Below, piece after piece: positions 1 to 8,178 of a stretch of 64,000 bases of DNA (the first letter of the stretch is position 1; each line of letters begins with the position of its first letter). Source of the stretch: a virus (taxonomy: Duplodnaviria > Heunggongvirae > Uroviricota > Caudoviricetes); IMG/VR virus record IMGVR_UViG_3300044878_000087, positions 2,432 through 66,431 of that record; one strand, written 5' to 3'. The notes under the pieces were generated by a model. The model did not search any database and was not told the origin of the DNA. It saw nothing but the letters and a program-made list of their open reading frames with translations. A program made the translations under genes and the position numbers.

Positions 1-1
1 C

Positions 2-280
2 TTCAGGTTTCGAGACGTCTGTAAGTTCCTCTACCAACTGAGCAACATCACTACCGAACATATCTTCGATGTGGTCACGTTTGGTTTTGGTATCTTCGAT
101 TACATCATGCAGTACAGCTGCGCACCGCATGTCATCATCGACGTTGTCCGCTTGGTTCAAGATGAACAGCACATTGAGTGGATGTTCATGATAATCAGTA
201 AGCACGTATTTACGCAGTTGCCCAACCGCAGTATGGGCACCAACGCAGAATGCTTTTGCAAGGTCTACTTTGTTGTACAT
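2..280 (-). CDS. HD-domain (p)ppGpp hydrolase-like protein (small alarmone hydrolase/MESH1 type), 3' end outside window
   Basis: Not in ORF track. Manual translation: MYNKVDLAKAFCVGAHTAVGQLRKY...YHEHPLNV...AAVLHDVIEDT...MFGSDVAQLVEELTD, which has the AH-Q-RK, Y-x-x-HP, LHDxxEDT and FG-x-x-VA-x-LV-x-x-LT motifs of RelA/SpoT hydrolase domains. Confidence 0.85.
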   Translation of the reverse strand, partial: MYNKVDLAKAFCVGAHTAVGQLRKYVLTDYHEHPLNVLFILNQADNVDDDMRCAAVLHDVIEDTKTKRDHIEDMFGSDVAQLVEELTDVSKPE

Positions 281-326
281 TCGGTTCTACTCTAAAGGGA
301 TACATAAACTATCCCCCAGCGTAGTT

Positions 327-800
327 TTAACCTTTATACGGTTCCATGTAATCCAGGAACCCGTGTGCCTTACGAATCTTCTTGACCAGTTCCCGATAAT
401 ACGGGACACCAAGATCAAGGATGCGACGGCGTGATTCCGCAGTCAAGGGACTACTTAATCCTTTCGTTACCATCAGGTGATGGTGCAGTGTTGCGTGTGG
501 ATAAATCTCCATGTTGATGATGCTGATTAGGCGATCACTAACTCCAGGACGAATTTTAATTTTGGCGTGTGCATGTTTGGCTACGATGCACATGAAGTCA
601 CCTGTGGAGGTGTAACGCTTTTCATCGAGGAAAGACTCCAAGAGATTAGCTGCCTCCATTGCACACATTGCATCAGGATACCTAACCCAAAGCTTTTCAC
701 GCTTGGCTTCGTACTTTGCTTTCATACGACGCTTTTTGAGATCACGCATGAACTCATTGAATGCATTACGGCATTTACCAAATACAGCTAAACCTTTCAT
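327..800 (-). CDS. hypothetical protein
   Basis: 157 aa ORF, GGGAGA SD upstream, tightly packed with neighbours. Confidence 0.7.
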   Translation of the reverse strand: MKGLAVFGKCRNAFNEFMRDLKKRRMKAKYEAKREKLWVRYPDAMCAMEAANLLESFLDEKRYTSTGDFMCIVAKHAHAKIKIRPGVSDRLISIINMEIYPHATLHHHLMVTKGLSSPLTAESRRRILDLGVPYYRELVKKIRKAHGFLDYMEPYKG

Positions 801-809
801 TGTTCTCCC

Positions 810-1142
810 TTAGTCCATCATGGACAAGCGATAGTGTGCATCAGCACGCCAATAGATCGTTTCATCCGCTACGTGCCGAGCGTACTCGGCCACGATATGT
901 TCAACTACCGAGAAAGCCTCACGATAGCCCTGAGCGATCATCCGAACACCGTGTTGTACAGCATTCAGATTGATCGGCTCAGTTTCCCAACCACGTATGC
1001 CACGAAAACCCATGATACAACGAGCCCTGTGAATCAGGGCTTTCTCCAGTGCTTCCAGCGAGGAAAACTCAACTACGTTAAAGTCCTCCTTCGCTTTCGA
1101 CTCATGGATGTAAAATCCACTTACATGCATTTGGGCATTCAT
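810..1142 (-). CDS. hypothetical protein
   Basis: 110 aa ORF abutting upstream stop. Confidence 0.7.
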   Translation of the reverse strand: MNAQMHVSGFYIHESKAKEDFNVVEFSSLEALEKALIHRARCIMGFRGIRGWETEPINLNAVQHGVRMIAQGYREAFSVVEHIVAEYARHVADETIYWRADAHYRLSMMD

Positions 1143-1143
1143 G

Positions 1144-1833
1144 TCACACTCTCTTTGGCATTCCTATAATCAGATCGTGTCCTTCGCGGCTAACGCTGCC
1201 CCAGACGACGTTCCATCCTTTTGAACGCATATCGACAATCACACGTTCTTGTACTGCTGGATCAACAGTACCGATGAAGTTCAGGCTCCAGAAGTAGGAG
1301 AACTCATCGGACTGACGCAACTCGTGAACATTTGGGCTATCGAACAGTTCCTTGACTTTGTGCATCACATCTTCATAGGTAACTGTGGTCAACCCCGAAG
1401 CCCGACGATAGTAATCCATCGAAGGGATATCGTTGAGTGCATTTTCTTGCTTGTGCAAAGAACCATTTACATCTGGATTCAGCTGAACATGTTGTTTCAG
1501 CCAGATCGATTTCTCAATGCGGTTGCTACCATACAGGCAAACGTTAACACAGAGAGTTTCAGGATCGAAGATGTTACGTACTTCATCAATTGCTAGTACA
1601 CTTGCTACCAGTGTACGCAACGCTTGATCCCAGTGAGATCCCTCTTTGAGAGGAATAACCATCAGACGTTTCGGGTCCATGTGCTGGTCGAGGTGACCAT
1701 CAATGGTTACATAACGAACGTGGCCTTGATCACAGATTGCGATGTAGACACAATTGTCATGTTGCACCCGGCTATCCGTAGCCGGCATAGTTGGCCCACT
1801 GAACGCAGGCGAGTGCTGTACTGCATTGTCCAT
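1144..1833 (-). CDS. hypothetical protein
   Basis: ORF 1144..1893; start moved to MDNAVQ, which has a TAGGAG SD. Confidence 0.7.
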   Translation of the reverse strand: MDNAVQHSPAFSGPTMPATDSRVQHDNCVYIAICDQGHVRYVTIDGHLDQHMDPKRLMVIPLKEGSHWDQALRTLVASVLAIDEVRNIFDPETLCVNVCLYGSNRIEKSIWLKQHVQLNPDVNGSLHKQENALNDIPSMDYYRRASGLTTVTYEDVMHKVKELFDSPNVHELRQSDEFSYFWSLNFIGTVDPAVQERVIVDMRSKGWNVVWGSVSREGHDLIIGMPKRV

Positions 1834-2004
1834 GTTGAAGCTCCTACTTAGGATTGGCTGATTATTTGCTACGGCTTGCTTCGGGCGAAACAAAACAAAT
1901 GTTGTATTAGAGCTGAATGCTCTAATACTAGTTAATACGATAAAAAGCCCCCTCCTATGCTCTTAGTCACTGACCTTCACATTAGGTAGGGGACACACGT
2001 ACTT

Positions 2005-2247
2005 TTACTTTGCGATGGCTTGAAAGTCCACATAGACCATCATGACACAGCAAACGAATGCTGTCATAAACGGTACAGCCCAACAGAATACCGATGCCAC
2101 TGTACCGAAGTACTTCACTTGTGCATCAGTACACTGAAGCTCACGGAGACGCTCCATCAACTTAGCCATGTGGAATGCAGCGATACCGAATAACACGATA
2201 TAGAACAGGGCTATAACGCCCCAGACCTGAGATACAGTTAACGTCAT
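2005..2247 (-). CDS. small two-TM membrane protein
   Basis: Two hydrophobic stretches; ATGA overlap with upstream stop. Confidence 0.65.
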   Translation of the reverse strand: MTLTVSQVWGVIALFYIVLFGIAAFHMAKLMERLRELQCTDAQVKYFGTVASVFCWAVPFMTAFVCCVMMVYVDFQAIAK

Positions 2248-2741
2248 TCGCAATCACACTCGTACGGGTTGTGGTTCTCACGCAGATAGCGCAGATGCTT
2301 ATGGATCTCCTTGACGAGATCTTCCAGGAATACGACCGTGTAATGGCCGATTCGTTTATGTCCATCACACACCAGGTTGGTGTAGTTGAACTGGATGATC
2401 CCTAGCTTGCGCTCGACAGAGCGACGAGTGCACAACACTTCCAGATTCCAATCTGTGTTGGTCTTGAAAGTGTAGTTGTCAAGGAGCTCTGCCGTGAAGC
2501 AATTCAACAGAGAATCATCAGCGATCCGTTGTGGGAACCAAGCTTGTGGATCGTTGTAATTCCGTTGCCAGTTACTCCAAGCATGGGACTCACGAATAGC
2601 ACGCATGGTGCAAGGCAGAATACCTTCCGCCATCTCCATAGTTGCTCGCAGAATATCAGTGTAGTTCTGCTTAGCAGTTGAGAGTTCCCAGCAGCGAAAG
2701 AACATTTGTTCTAACGCCATTCGTAGGACTGCATCATTCAT
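2244..2741 (-). CDS. hypothetical protein
   Basis: ORF 2244..2765; likely start MNDAVLR. Confidence 0.65.
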   Translation of the reverse strand: MNDAVLRMALEQMFFRCWELSTAKQNYTDILRATMEMAEGILPCTMRAIRESHAWSNWQRNYNDPQAWFPQRIADDSLLNCFTAELLDNYTFKTNTDWNLEVLCTRRSVERKLGIIQFNYTNLVCDGHKRIGHYTVVFLEDLVKEIHKHLRYLRENHNPYECDCE

Positions 2742-2742
2742 T

Positions 2743-2937
2743 TCATGGCCCCTTGAGATAACCAAGACAGATAAGGATCAACAACACCTCAGGTGCCATC
2801 AATCCCGTTAACCACCACAACCGATGAGACCGATATGCCGGCTCACCGAATACGGCACAGATACCCGCTGCGAGTGTACAAGCCAGCATGAACAACATCG
2901 TGCTGGCTATCCATATTGCTGTTGATACGTACATCAC
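2743..2937 (-). CDS. small two-TM membrane protein
   Basis: 64 aa, two hydrophobic segments, operon packing. Confidence 0.55.
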   Translation of the reverse strand: MMYVSTAIWIASTMLFMLACTLAAGICAVFGEPAYRSHRLWWLTGLMAPEVLLILICLGYLKGP

Positions 2938-2943
2938 TTACCC

Positions 2944-3255
2944 TTAAGCCAACCGGCCATCCGTACTACGGTAAATCGAGTTCATGGTTTCTACCAGGCC
3001 ATTCACGTGATCCACACGAATGACTTTGGAAGTACGAGTTGCATGCCAACCACCATGGCAGTACATCTCACCCATAGCAACCACGACATCGGCCACGTCA
3101 GTACGATCAGGCCAGATCTTGATACCATCGACCAAATGCAAACCACGCATGCTGTAAACCAGCTTGGCAGTTGCCGGATCTTTGACAGGTTCGTATTTGA
3201 CGTCATCGAACTCAACGACCTTTACACCACAACCTTTTTCGGCTACATGTGACAT
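2944..3255 (-). CDS. hypothetical protein
   Basis: 103 aa, GGGAG SD upstream. Confidence 0.7.
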   Translation of the reverse strand: MSHVAEKGCGVKVVEFDDVKYEPVKDPATAKLVYSMRGLHLVDGIKIWPDRTDVADVVVAMGEMYCHGGWHATRTSKVIRVDHVNGLVETMNSIYRSTDGRLA

Positions 3256-3467
3256 TTTACTCTCCCCGTAGACTGATCTACTTTACGAGTGATTACTCGC
3301 CCACAGAAAACACACTGACTAGTAAATAGTTCGTGTGTAAAGAATTTACCCGCATTATCGATTGATGTGAACGTACTACCCGACCGAGACTTAATGCGTT
3401 CCCGCGAGATTAATTTGTATTGATGACGACAGCCACCTACAATCAACCGCCAGAGCCATAGTAACAT
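3243..3467 (-). CDS. small Cys/His protein (C-x-H ... CxxC), possible zinc ribbon
   Basis: GCRHQY...CVFCG. Confidence 0.55.
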   Translation of the reverse strand: MLLWLWRLIVGGCRHQYKLISRERIKSRSGSTFTSIDNAGKFFTHELFTSQCVFCGRVITRKVDQSTGRVKCHM

Positions 3468-3476
3468 GATTGACCC

Positions 3477-3977
3477 TTATTGAACGGTGAGTATTTCAGT
3501 GATTGCCTCTTGCACGCTCACGCCAATACCAGAAGGCTTGGTAGTGCGATCGAAAGCTACCCGAACAGTCAGAGCATTTTGAATCTCTTCAATTCGGCGT
3601 GGATCGAAGTATTCGGTAGCATGACCCGCGAAGGTATCACCGAACAGCGAGACGTAGCACAGTTCAGTAAGCGTGTGCTCACCGTCAATGCCAACCCACT
3701 TGGACTTCTGTGTTTTGATGAACCAGTATGACTGGCAGCCTTCGAGCTGGAACTTCATGCCGAGGCGGAACAGATGTGCACGAATGCGGTTCCAGTCCTC
3801 GATGTCGTCTTCCCGAGTTACATTAGGCTGCACGAGTTCAAGCCCTTCTCGCCACTCAGGATGGTTAGCGTCTAGGTAATCGCAGAACTTGGTCACACGG
3901 TACCACCACGACTTGATACCGTAGCGCCCAGGAATTTCAGTGAACAGCTGCAGTGCCGAAGGTGCTAATACTAACAT
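3477..3977 (-). CDS. hypothetical protein
   Basis: 166 aa ORF, operon packing. Confidence 0.7.
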   Translation of the reverse strand: MLVLAPSALQLFTEIPGRYGIKSWWYRVTKFCDYLDANHPEWREGLELVQPNVTREDDIEDWNRIRAHLFRLGMKFQLEGCQSYWFIKTQKSKWVGIDGEHTLTELCYVSLFGDTFAGHATEYFDPRRIEEIQNALTVRVAFDRTTKPSGIGVSVQEAITEILTVQ

Positions 3978-4314
3978 CTTGTTTCCCCGTATTGAACCAC
4001 TCGCTTATCACGATGGTTGTTCTATGCTTATTTTCTTTAGTGCGATACTTCAGCCGAATGACTTTCCACCCTGCATTGTGCAACGCAGTGAATACCTCAC
4101 CGAGTTCTTCAGCAACGTAATGTCGATCTAACCGAATGTTGAAACCACGTACACCAGGCTCTACCAGTGGATCAGTACCCATGGAAACCCAGGAGTTATC
4201 CATATCTGGAAAGAGCAGTTGTTGTGCAACTTGATTCATCAACCGTTCATCCCGCTTTTTCGCTCGGCGAGAGAATGTAATGTCAGGGGAGGGTAGCGTA
4301 TGAAACAGTGGCAT
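3937..4314 (-). CDS. hypothetical protein
   Basis: 125 aa ORF with GAGGT SD. Confidence 0.65.
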   Translation of the reverse strand: MPLFHTLPSPDITFSRRAKKRDERLMNQVAQQLLFPDMDNSWVSMGTDPLVEPGVRGFNIRLDRHYVAEELGEVFTALHNAGWKVIRLKYRTKENKHRTTIVISEWFNTGKQDVSISTFGTAAVH

Positions 4315-4471
4315 CCTTTACCTCGTAAGTTACACTGACGCAAGGCCTCTCAGGGCGCTTACAGTACATTTCTGACACAGACCCTACCGGTTGGGTCACT
4401 TCCCATACAGCCTGCCCTGCGCCCAACACACAGGCGCAGAGACAGATGATTCCAATTGCTATTTTACGCAT
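4283..4471 (-). CDS. small protein with N-terminal signal/TM helix
   Basis: MRKIAIGIICLCACVLGAG. Confidence 0.6.
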   Translation of the reverse strand: MRKIAIGIICLCACVLGAGQAVWEVTQPVGSVSEMYCKRPERPCVSVTYEVKDATVSYATLP

Positions 4472-4474
4472 AGT

Positions 4475-4810
4475 TTAGATCCACCGTGTGGCATGAGGGT
4501 ATTCTTTACGAATACGGTTAGCGATGTAACGATGATGGTCAGGATAAGATGTCGACAGGTTTACCCACATGATGCGAGCAGGCCCATTGTGCATTTCTTC
4601 CAACCATTCGCCACGCTTGATTTTCCCTTGTGCCAGACGATCATTGATTCCTTGGCGAGTTTTTCCTTCGTTCCACTCTTTCTTGAGTCGAGCGATTTCA
4701 CTTTCGATGTCACGCATTGGTTTGGCGACATGGCACATTGCAAAGTATCCGGCGGCAATCACCACCTTGGTAGCAACACGGCCAGCCACGTAGAGTCTGA
4801 AGTCGATCAT
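4475..4810 (-). CDS. membrane-anchored helical protein, local paralog family A
   Basis: Start MIDFRLY with AGGGG SD; RDIESEIARLKKEWNEGKTRQ aligns with 11242..11562. Confidence 0.7.
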   Translation of the reverse strand: MIDFRLYVAGRVATKVVIAAGYFAMCHVAKPMRDIESEIARLKKEWNEGKTRQGINDRLAQGKIKRGEWLEEMHNGPARIMWVNLSTSYPDHHRYIANRIRKEYPHATRWI

Positions 4811-4853
4811 TGTGTTAACCCCTAGATTGAATAAAATAAATTCTTGCTGTATA

Positions 4854-4896
4854 AAAAAGAAAAGGTTGGGTGGGGAAGCTTCCGCCTCCCCGCCCG
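4854..4896 (-). terminator. intrinsic terminator
   Basis: GGGCGGGGAGGC-GGAA-GCTTCCCCACCC followed by T-rich tail on minus strand. Confidence 0.7.
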
Positions 4897-4899
4897 GCA

Positions 4900-5184
4900 T
4901 CAGTCAGGAATCGACTCGATGTAGATCTCGACGTTCTTGCGTAACTCATGGAGTGAGTCCACGTAAGTAACTTTGCTTTCGTACTTGTCGAGCAGTTCGC
5001 GGGACTCGACCTTTACGTGTGCACGCACGGTTCCATTCCGTGACTTGTCGGCTCGGACACGATCCGTGATCGCATCCAGTTCTACATAGAGGTCTTCGAT
5101 TTGATAGCGATCCCAGAATCGCTGGCAAACCACCACGGCGCAGCTAACGACGCCGACCTTGAAAAGTGTTCCGAGCACGGACAT
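4900..5184 (-). CDS. membrane-anchored helical protein, family A-like
   Basis: N-terminal hydrophobic helix followed by charged helical region. Confidence 0.7.
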   Translation of the reverse strand: MSVLGTLFKVGVVSCAVVVCQRFWDRYQIEDLYVELDAITDRVRADKSRNGTVRAHVKVESRELLDKYESKVTYVDSLHELRKNVEIYIESIPD

Positions 5185-5189
5185 ATTTG

Positions 5190-5369
5190 TTACTCCATAA
5201 CCGTTGGGCTTGGTGGCATCTCACCACCTTCAGGCGGGGTAGGGCCATTGACGACATCGTCAGCGATTTCCACAGCATCAGCCGAGATTTCATCCCAGCT
5301 TCGCCCAACTTGAAAGGCCACATAACCGAGGGCAGCGATAGCGGTAATTTTCAGCAAGTTTTTAAACAT
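5190..5369 (-). CDS. 59 aa membrane peptide
   Basis: Manual: MFKNLLKITAIAALGYVAFQVGRSWDEISADAVEIADDVVNGPTPPEGGEMPPSPTVME; AAGGA SD. Confidence 0.7.
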   Translation of the reverse strand: MFKNLLKITAIAALGYVAFQVGRSWDEISADAVEIADDVVNGPTPPEGGEMPPSPTVME

Positions 5370-5424
5370 GGCATATTTCCTTCTATTGCTTTGGGTAATG
5401 GCCCCACACGAGGCCGGTGTGGGA

Positions 5425-5559
5425 TCACTGTGCTTTTGCAGCTTTGTTCATCTTCACGGTATCAGCGATATGATTCGCACATGCCCGTACAGTCGACACA
5501 GTCATGCAGATAACAACAAGCTTACCGAAGACACCCATTTCTTTGAATGCGTTTACCAT
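5425..5559 (-). CDS. 44 aa hydrophobic/basic peptide
   Basis: Manual: MVNAFKEMGVFGKLVVICMTVSTVRACANHIADTVKMNKAAKAQ; GGAG SD; hairpin 5403-5423 follows the stop. Confidence 0.65.
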   Translation of the reverse strand: MVNAFKEMGVFGKLVVICMTVSTVRACANHIADTVKMNKAAKAQ

Positions 5560-5604
5560 GATAGAACTCCGTAAATTAGTTAAGAGGTTTTGTAACAGCC
5601 GAGA

Positions 5605-5721
5605 TTACTTAGTCTCAGGTGCTTTAGGATTTGGACGGCATGCGTCAGAAACGGATTCAACAACTTGTTGGATGCAGCCCAGGACAACTGCAGTCACGAT
5701 AATCTTAGCGAAAGTACCCAT
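5605..5721 (-). CDS. 38 aa hydrophobic peptide
   Basis: Manual: MGTFAKIIVTAVVLGCIQQVVESVSDACRPNPKAPETK; AAGGA SD; first gene after promoter motif. Confidence 0.65.
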   Translation of the reverse strand: MGTFAKIIVTAVVLGCIQQVVESVSDACRPNPKAPETK

Positions 5722-5750
5722 GATCGATTCCTTTTAAAATTCGTGCTATA

Positions 5751-5787
5751 TTCAAGATTGTAATATAGCTCTTCAATTGTTTTAAAT
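5751..5787 (-). promoter_or_regulatory. phiKZ-type early (virion RNAP) promoter
   Basis: Minus strand ATTTAAA-N12-CTATATTAC-AATCTTGAA; TATATTAC is the phiKZ early consensus; repeated in window. Confidence 0.8.
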
Positions 5788-5791
5788 GCTT

Positions 5792-5989
5792 TTAGTCGCT
5801 TACGATTGCAGTAGTTACTGCAGTCAAGCCAGCTGCTACACACAGAACACCACCACCCATCAGGATAGTAACATCCCGGCGAGCATGACGCTTTTGCGAA
5901 TTATCGATACCTGCCTTAAGCATGATGCCACCGAGACCGATAGCAGTGCCTGCAGCAAGACCAATAGCCAAACGGTTCAGTAGGCCCAT
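5792..5989 (-). CDS. 65 aa two-helix Gly/Ala-rich membrane peptide
   Basis: LAIGLAAGTAIGLGG ... GGGVLCVAAGLTAV. Confidence 0.7.
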   Translation of the reverse strand: MGLLNRLAIGLAAGTAIGLGGIMLKAGIDNSQKRHARRDVTILMGGGVLCVAAGLTAVTTAIVSD

Positions 5990-5991
5990 GA

Positions 5992-6198
5992 TTATTTTCC
6001 TTTAGCGATATCAGTGAGAGTTTGGATGGCGCAGGTAGCACCAACAGCCATCAGAAAAGCACCAAAGCCGACCAGTACGACCTGATCAACTTCTTTTTCT
6101 TCCTTGGGTGGTTTTACGGCAGTCTTGATCAAGCGCAGACCGATACCAAGAGCCACACCAGCACACGAGCAATTTGCGATAGTTTTGAGCATTGCCAT
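5992..6198 (-). CDS. 68 aa two-helix membrane peptide
   Basis: AGVALGIGL ... VVLVGFGAFLMAVGA; same architecture as 5792..5989. Confidence 0.7.
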   Translation of the reverse strand: MAMLKTIANCSCAGVALGIGLRLIKTAVKPPKEEKEVDQVVLVGFGAFLMAVGATCAIQTLTDIAKGK

Positions 6199-6227
6199 AA
6201 TTGAATTCCTTTTTACTTAGATTGGGA

Positions 6228-6410
6228 TTAGCGAGTGACCAGCATTTCAGAACCCATAGGGCCGATGCGGTGACCAAGAATGATTTCTTTCTTTACAGAT
6301 GCAACTTCTTCAGTGTGACGTGGGCCACCCATAGTGCTGAGTTGCTGCAAACCGAACGAACCGATAGTCAGGCCGATCAGGAAGTAAACAGTTTGGAATT
6401 TGATTTTCAT
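6228..6410 (-). CDS. 60 aa peptide with N-terminal TM helix
   Basis: AAGGATTACACC leader; hydrophobic N-terminus. Confidence 0.6.
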   Translation of the reverse strand: MKIKFQTVYFLIGLTIGSFGLQQLSTMGGPRHTEEVASVKKEIILGHRIGPMGSEMLVTR

Positions 6411-6477
6411 GGTGTAATCCTTAATGTGGGTATAGCTTATTTTTCATGGATCGAAACAATCCATCAAGGATAAGCTA

Positions 6478-6495
6478 TGGGGACCGAAGTCCCCA
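6478..6495 (-). terminator. UUCG-loop hairpin
   Basis: TGGGGAC-TTCG-GTCCCCA just after the stop of 6501..6779. Confidence 0.65.
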
Positions 6496-6500
6496 CGCTA

Positions 6501-6779
6501 TTACTGCTCTACAACAGGCCAAACTTGTTTCAGATGCGCGTAGTCAGGCAAGCCAATCACAGCTCGCTTGGCATTGGTAGGGTCAGGTTTATGCAGGCCA
6601 CGAGGACCGACATTCTGAGCACTGCCTGAGCGAAGAGCAATCATCTCCAACCGAATCGCCTGGAGTGACCGTTCTTCGATTTCCCGTGCCTGGTATTCCA
6701 GGTTATGCTCTTCAGCCAGTTCACGTTTTTGTTGTGCCCGTGGCTTGAAGGCATGTTCCCAACGACCATCTACTTTCAT
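6501..6779 (-). CDS. hypothetical protein
   Basis: 92 aa ORF, GGGG SD. Confidence 0.65.
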   Translation of the reverse strand: MKVDGRWEHAFKPRAQQKRELAEEHNLEYQAREIEERSLQAIRLEMIALRSGSAQNVGPRGLHKPDPTNAKRAVIGLPDYAHLKQVWPVVEQ

Positions 6780-6791
6780 GCAGCCCCCGAA

Positions 6792-7217
6792 TCAGTTGAT
6801 TGCTTTTTCTACGAGCTGGCGTTCCACTTCCTCACGGAAGAAGTTGCGAAGCAAACCACCGTTAGAGTGACTATGACTTTCGCCATCGACTTCGATTCCA
6901 CCGATACCGAATACTGCTACATCGGTTACGGACTCGCCGAAGATCATGAGGTTGAAACGTTGGCAGATATATTTCTGCACTGGACATTCATTGAAGCGTA
7001 CAACTTCGCAGGCAGAGAATGTTTTGCCATTCACGAAGTATTCGATGTTATAGGCAGCCTCGTGGGCTTCCATGGTGCAACGAATTTGGGAGATCTGTTG
7101 GCCAGTTGTGCAACGCTTAGCCAGTGGCGATCTCGGACCGAAGGTGAATGCTGCTTGCAGCACCTGGTGAGTCAGGTGGGTGCGGAAGGTAATCAACTCT
7201 GCTTCTGTAGGTGCCAT
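6792..7217 (-). CDS. hypothetical protein
   Basis: ORF 6792..7364; start moved to MAPTEAE, which has an AAGGA SD. Confidence 0.7.
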   Translation of the reverse strand: MAPTEAELITFRTHLTHQVLQAAFTFGPRSPLAKRCTTGQQISQIRCTMEAHEAAYNIEYFVNGKTFSACEVVRFNECPVQKYICQRFNLMIFGESVTDVAVFGIGGIEVDGESHSHSNGGLLRNFFREEVERQLVEKAIN

Positions 7218-7242
7218 CTTTGAAATCCTTTTGCTACTTAGT

Positions 7243-7419
7243 TTATTTAGCTTGTTGTTGAGACAGCTTAGGAGGCTGGGTATTAGCCTGAGCCTCCTTG
7301 ATAGCTTTGGTACCAAAGCTATACAGACAACCTTCACGCAGACTGCGGTAAATGCTGTTACCAATGATACCTACTGCTACAACACTGGCAACAATACCGA
7401 CAGTTTTCATAGTGCTCAT
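7243..7419 (-). CDS. 58 aa membrane peptide
   Basis: Manual: MSTMKTVGIVASVVAVGIIGNSIYRSLREGCLYSFGTKAIKEAQANTQPPKLSQQQAK; AAGGAG SD. Confidence 0.7.
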   Translation of the reverse strand: MSTMKTVGIVASVVAVGIIGNSIYRSLREGCLYSFGTKAIKEAQANTQPPKLSQQQAK

Positions 7420-7428
7420 GATTGCTCC

Positions 7429-7710
7429 TTAAAGACCGTTAGAGGCCGCTTTCATTTGTTTGTTGAGTTCAGCTACGAATTGCTCACGATGGGACTCCAC
7501 AGCGATACGCAGACATTCCCAGGCGGTGAACCAATTCAGTTCAGATTCCAGTTCAGCGAAGGTTGGCTTGAAGGTGTACTTCGTGCACGCTTCTTTGATC
7601 GCTTCCGGAATCTTGCGCATGGCATCGTTACGATGCAAGCGGGACTCGTTCCAATAGCAAGCACCAGAAGCAGCGATGACACCAACAATACCGAGGATAG
7701 CGTTGCGCAT
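7429..7710 (-). CDS. membrane-anchored helical protein, family A-like
   Basis: MRNAILGIVGVIAASGACYW then helical region; AGGAGTTACACC leader. Confidence 0.75.
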   Translation of the reverse strand: MRNAILGIVGVIAASGACYWNESRLHRNDAMRKIPEAIKEACTKYTFKPTFAELESELNWFTAWECLRIAVESHREQFVAELNKQMKAASNGL

Positions 7711-7735
7711 GGTGTAACTCCTAAGAGTGGGATTA

Positions 7736-7772
7736 TTCAGGATAGTGATATAGGGGTTTAAAAGTTTTGATT
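7736..7772 (-). promoter_or_regulatory. early promoter variant
   Basis: AATCAAA-N12-CTATATCAC-TATCCTGAA, same spacing as the other copies. Confidence 0.7.
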
Positions 7773-8109
7773 ACATTTCGGACAGGGTGTTCAAGTGCGC
7801 TTTGACTTCAGCTACACCATGCGGTGGGAAAGAAGCACGACTTGCTTCACGGCCATCGACGGTGGTGACTACCTGGAAGCCTTGGAGCTCACGGTAGAAC
7901 ACTTCGATGGTATCTTTGTCCTTGCCATAGGTGCCCTTCATATAAGCGGTACCGAGGATGTAGGTGTACACGAAGTCGAAATCGTTTTTCTCTTGTTGGG
8001 TAAGATAGAATACCCGCTCGTTCTTCTTGTATTTCGATGGGTCCCAAGTGTGAGTTGGGTTGGTGATGTAGTCGACGAACTGATTGATTTCATTTGCCTT
8101 GTTGCGCAT
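7771..8109 (-). CDS. hypothetical protein
   Basis: 112 aa ORF, GGGAG SD. Confidence 0.7.
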   Translation of the reverse strand: MRNKANEINQFVDYITNPTHTWDPSKYKKNERVFYLTQQEKNDFDFVYTYILGTAYMKGTYGKDKDTIEVFYRELQGFQVVTTVDGREASRASFPPHGVAEVKAHLNTLSEM

Positions 8110-8147
8110 AGCTCTACTCCCTAGTTTCTCAATGTCACGGCATAAAG

Positions 8148-8166
8148 GCTACCCACAATGGGTAGC
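8148..8166. terminator. hairpin flanked by TATG motifs on both strands
   Basis: GCTACCCA-CAA-TGGGTAGC with cggcataaag and gcttatggcg flanks. Confidence 0.6.
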
Positions 8167-8178
8167 GCTTATGGCGTA

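Noticed and set aside
1904-1928. Inverted repeat GTATTAGAGC-N5-GCTCTAATAC
   Set aside because: Single AT-rich copy; cannot distinguish operator, terminator or chance
7218-7364. N-terminal extension of ORF 6792..7364
   Set aside because: Overlaps the SD-supported 58 aa peptide gene; internal ATG at 7217 has its own SD
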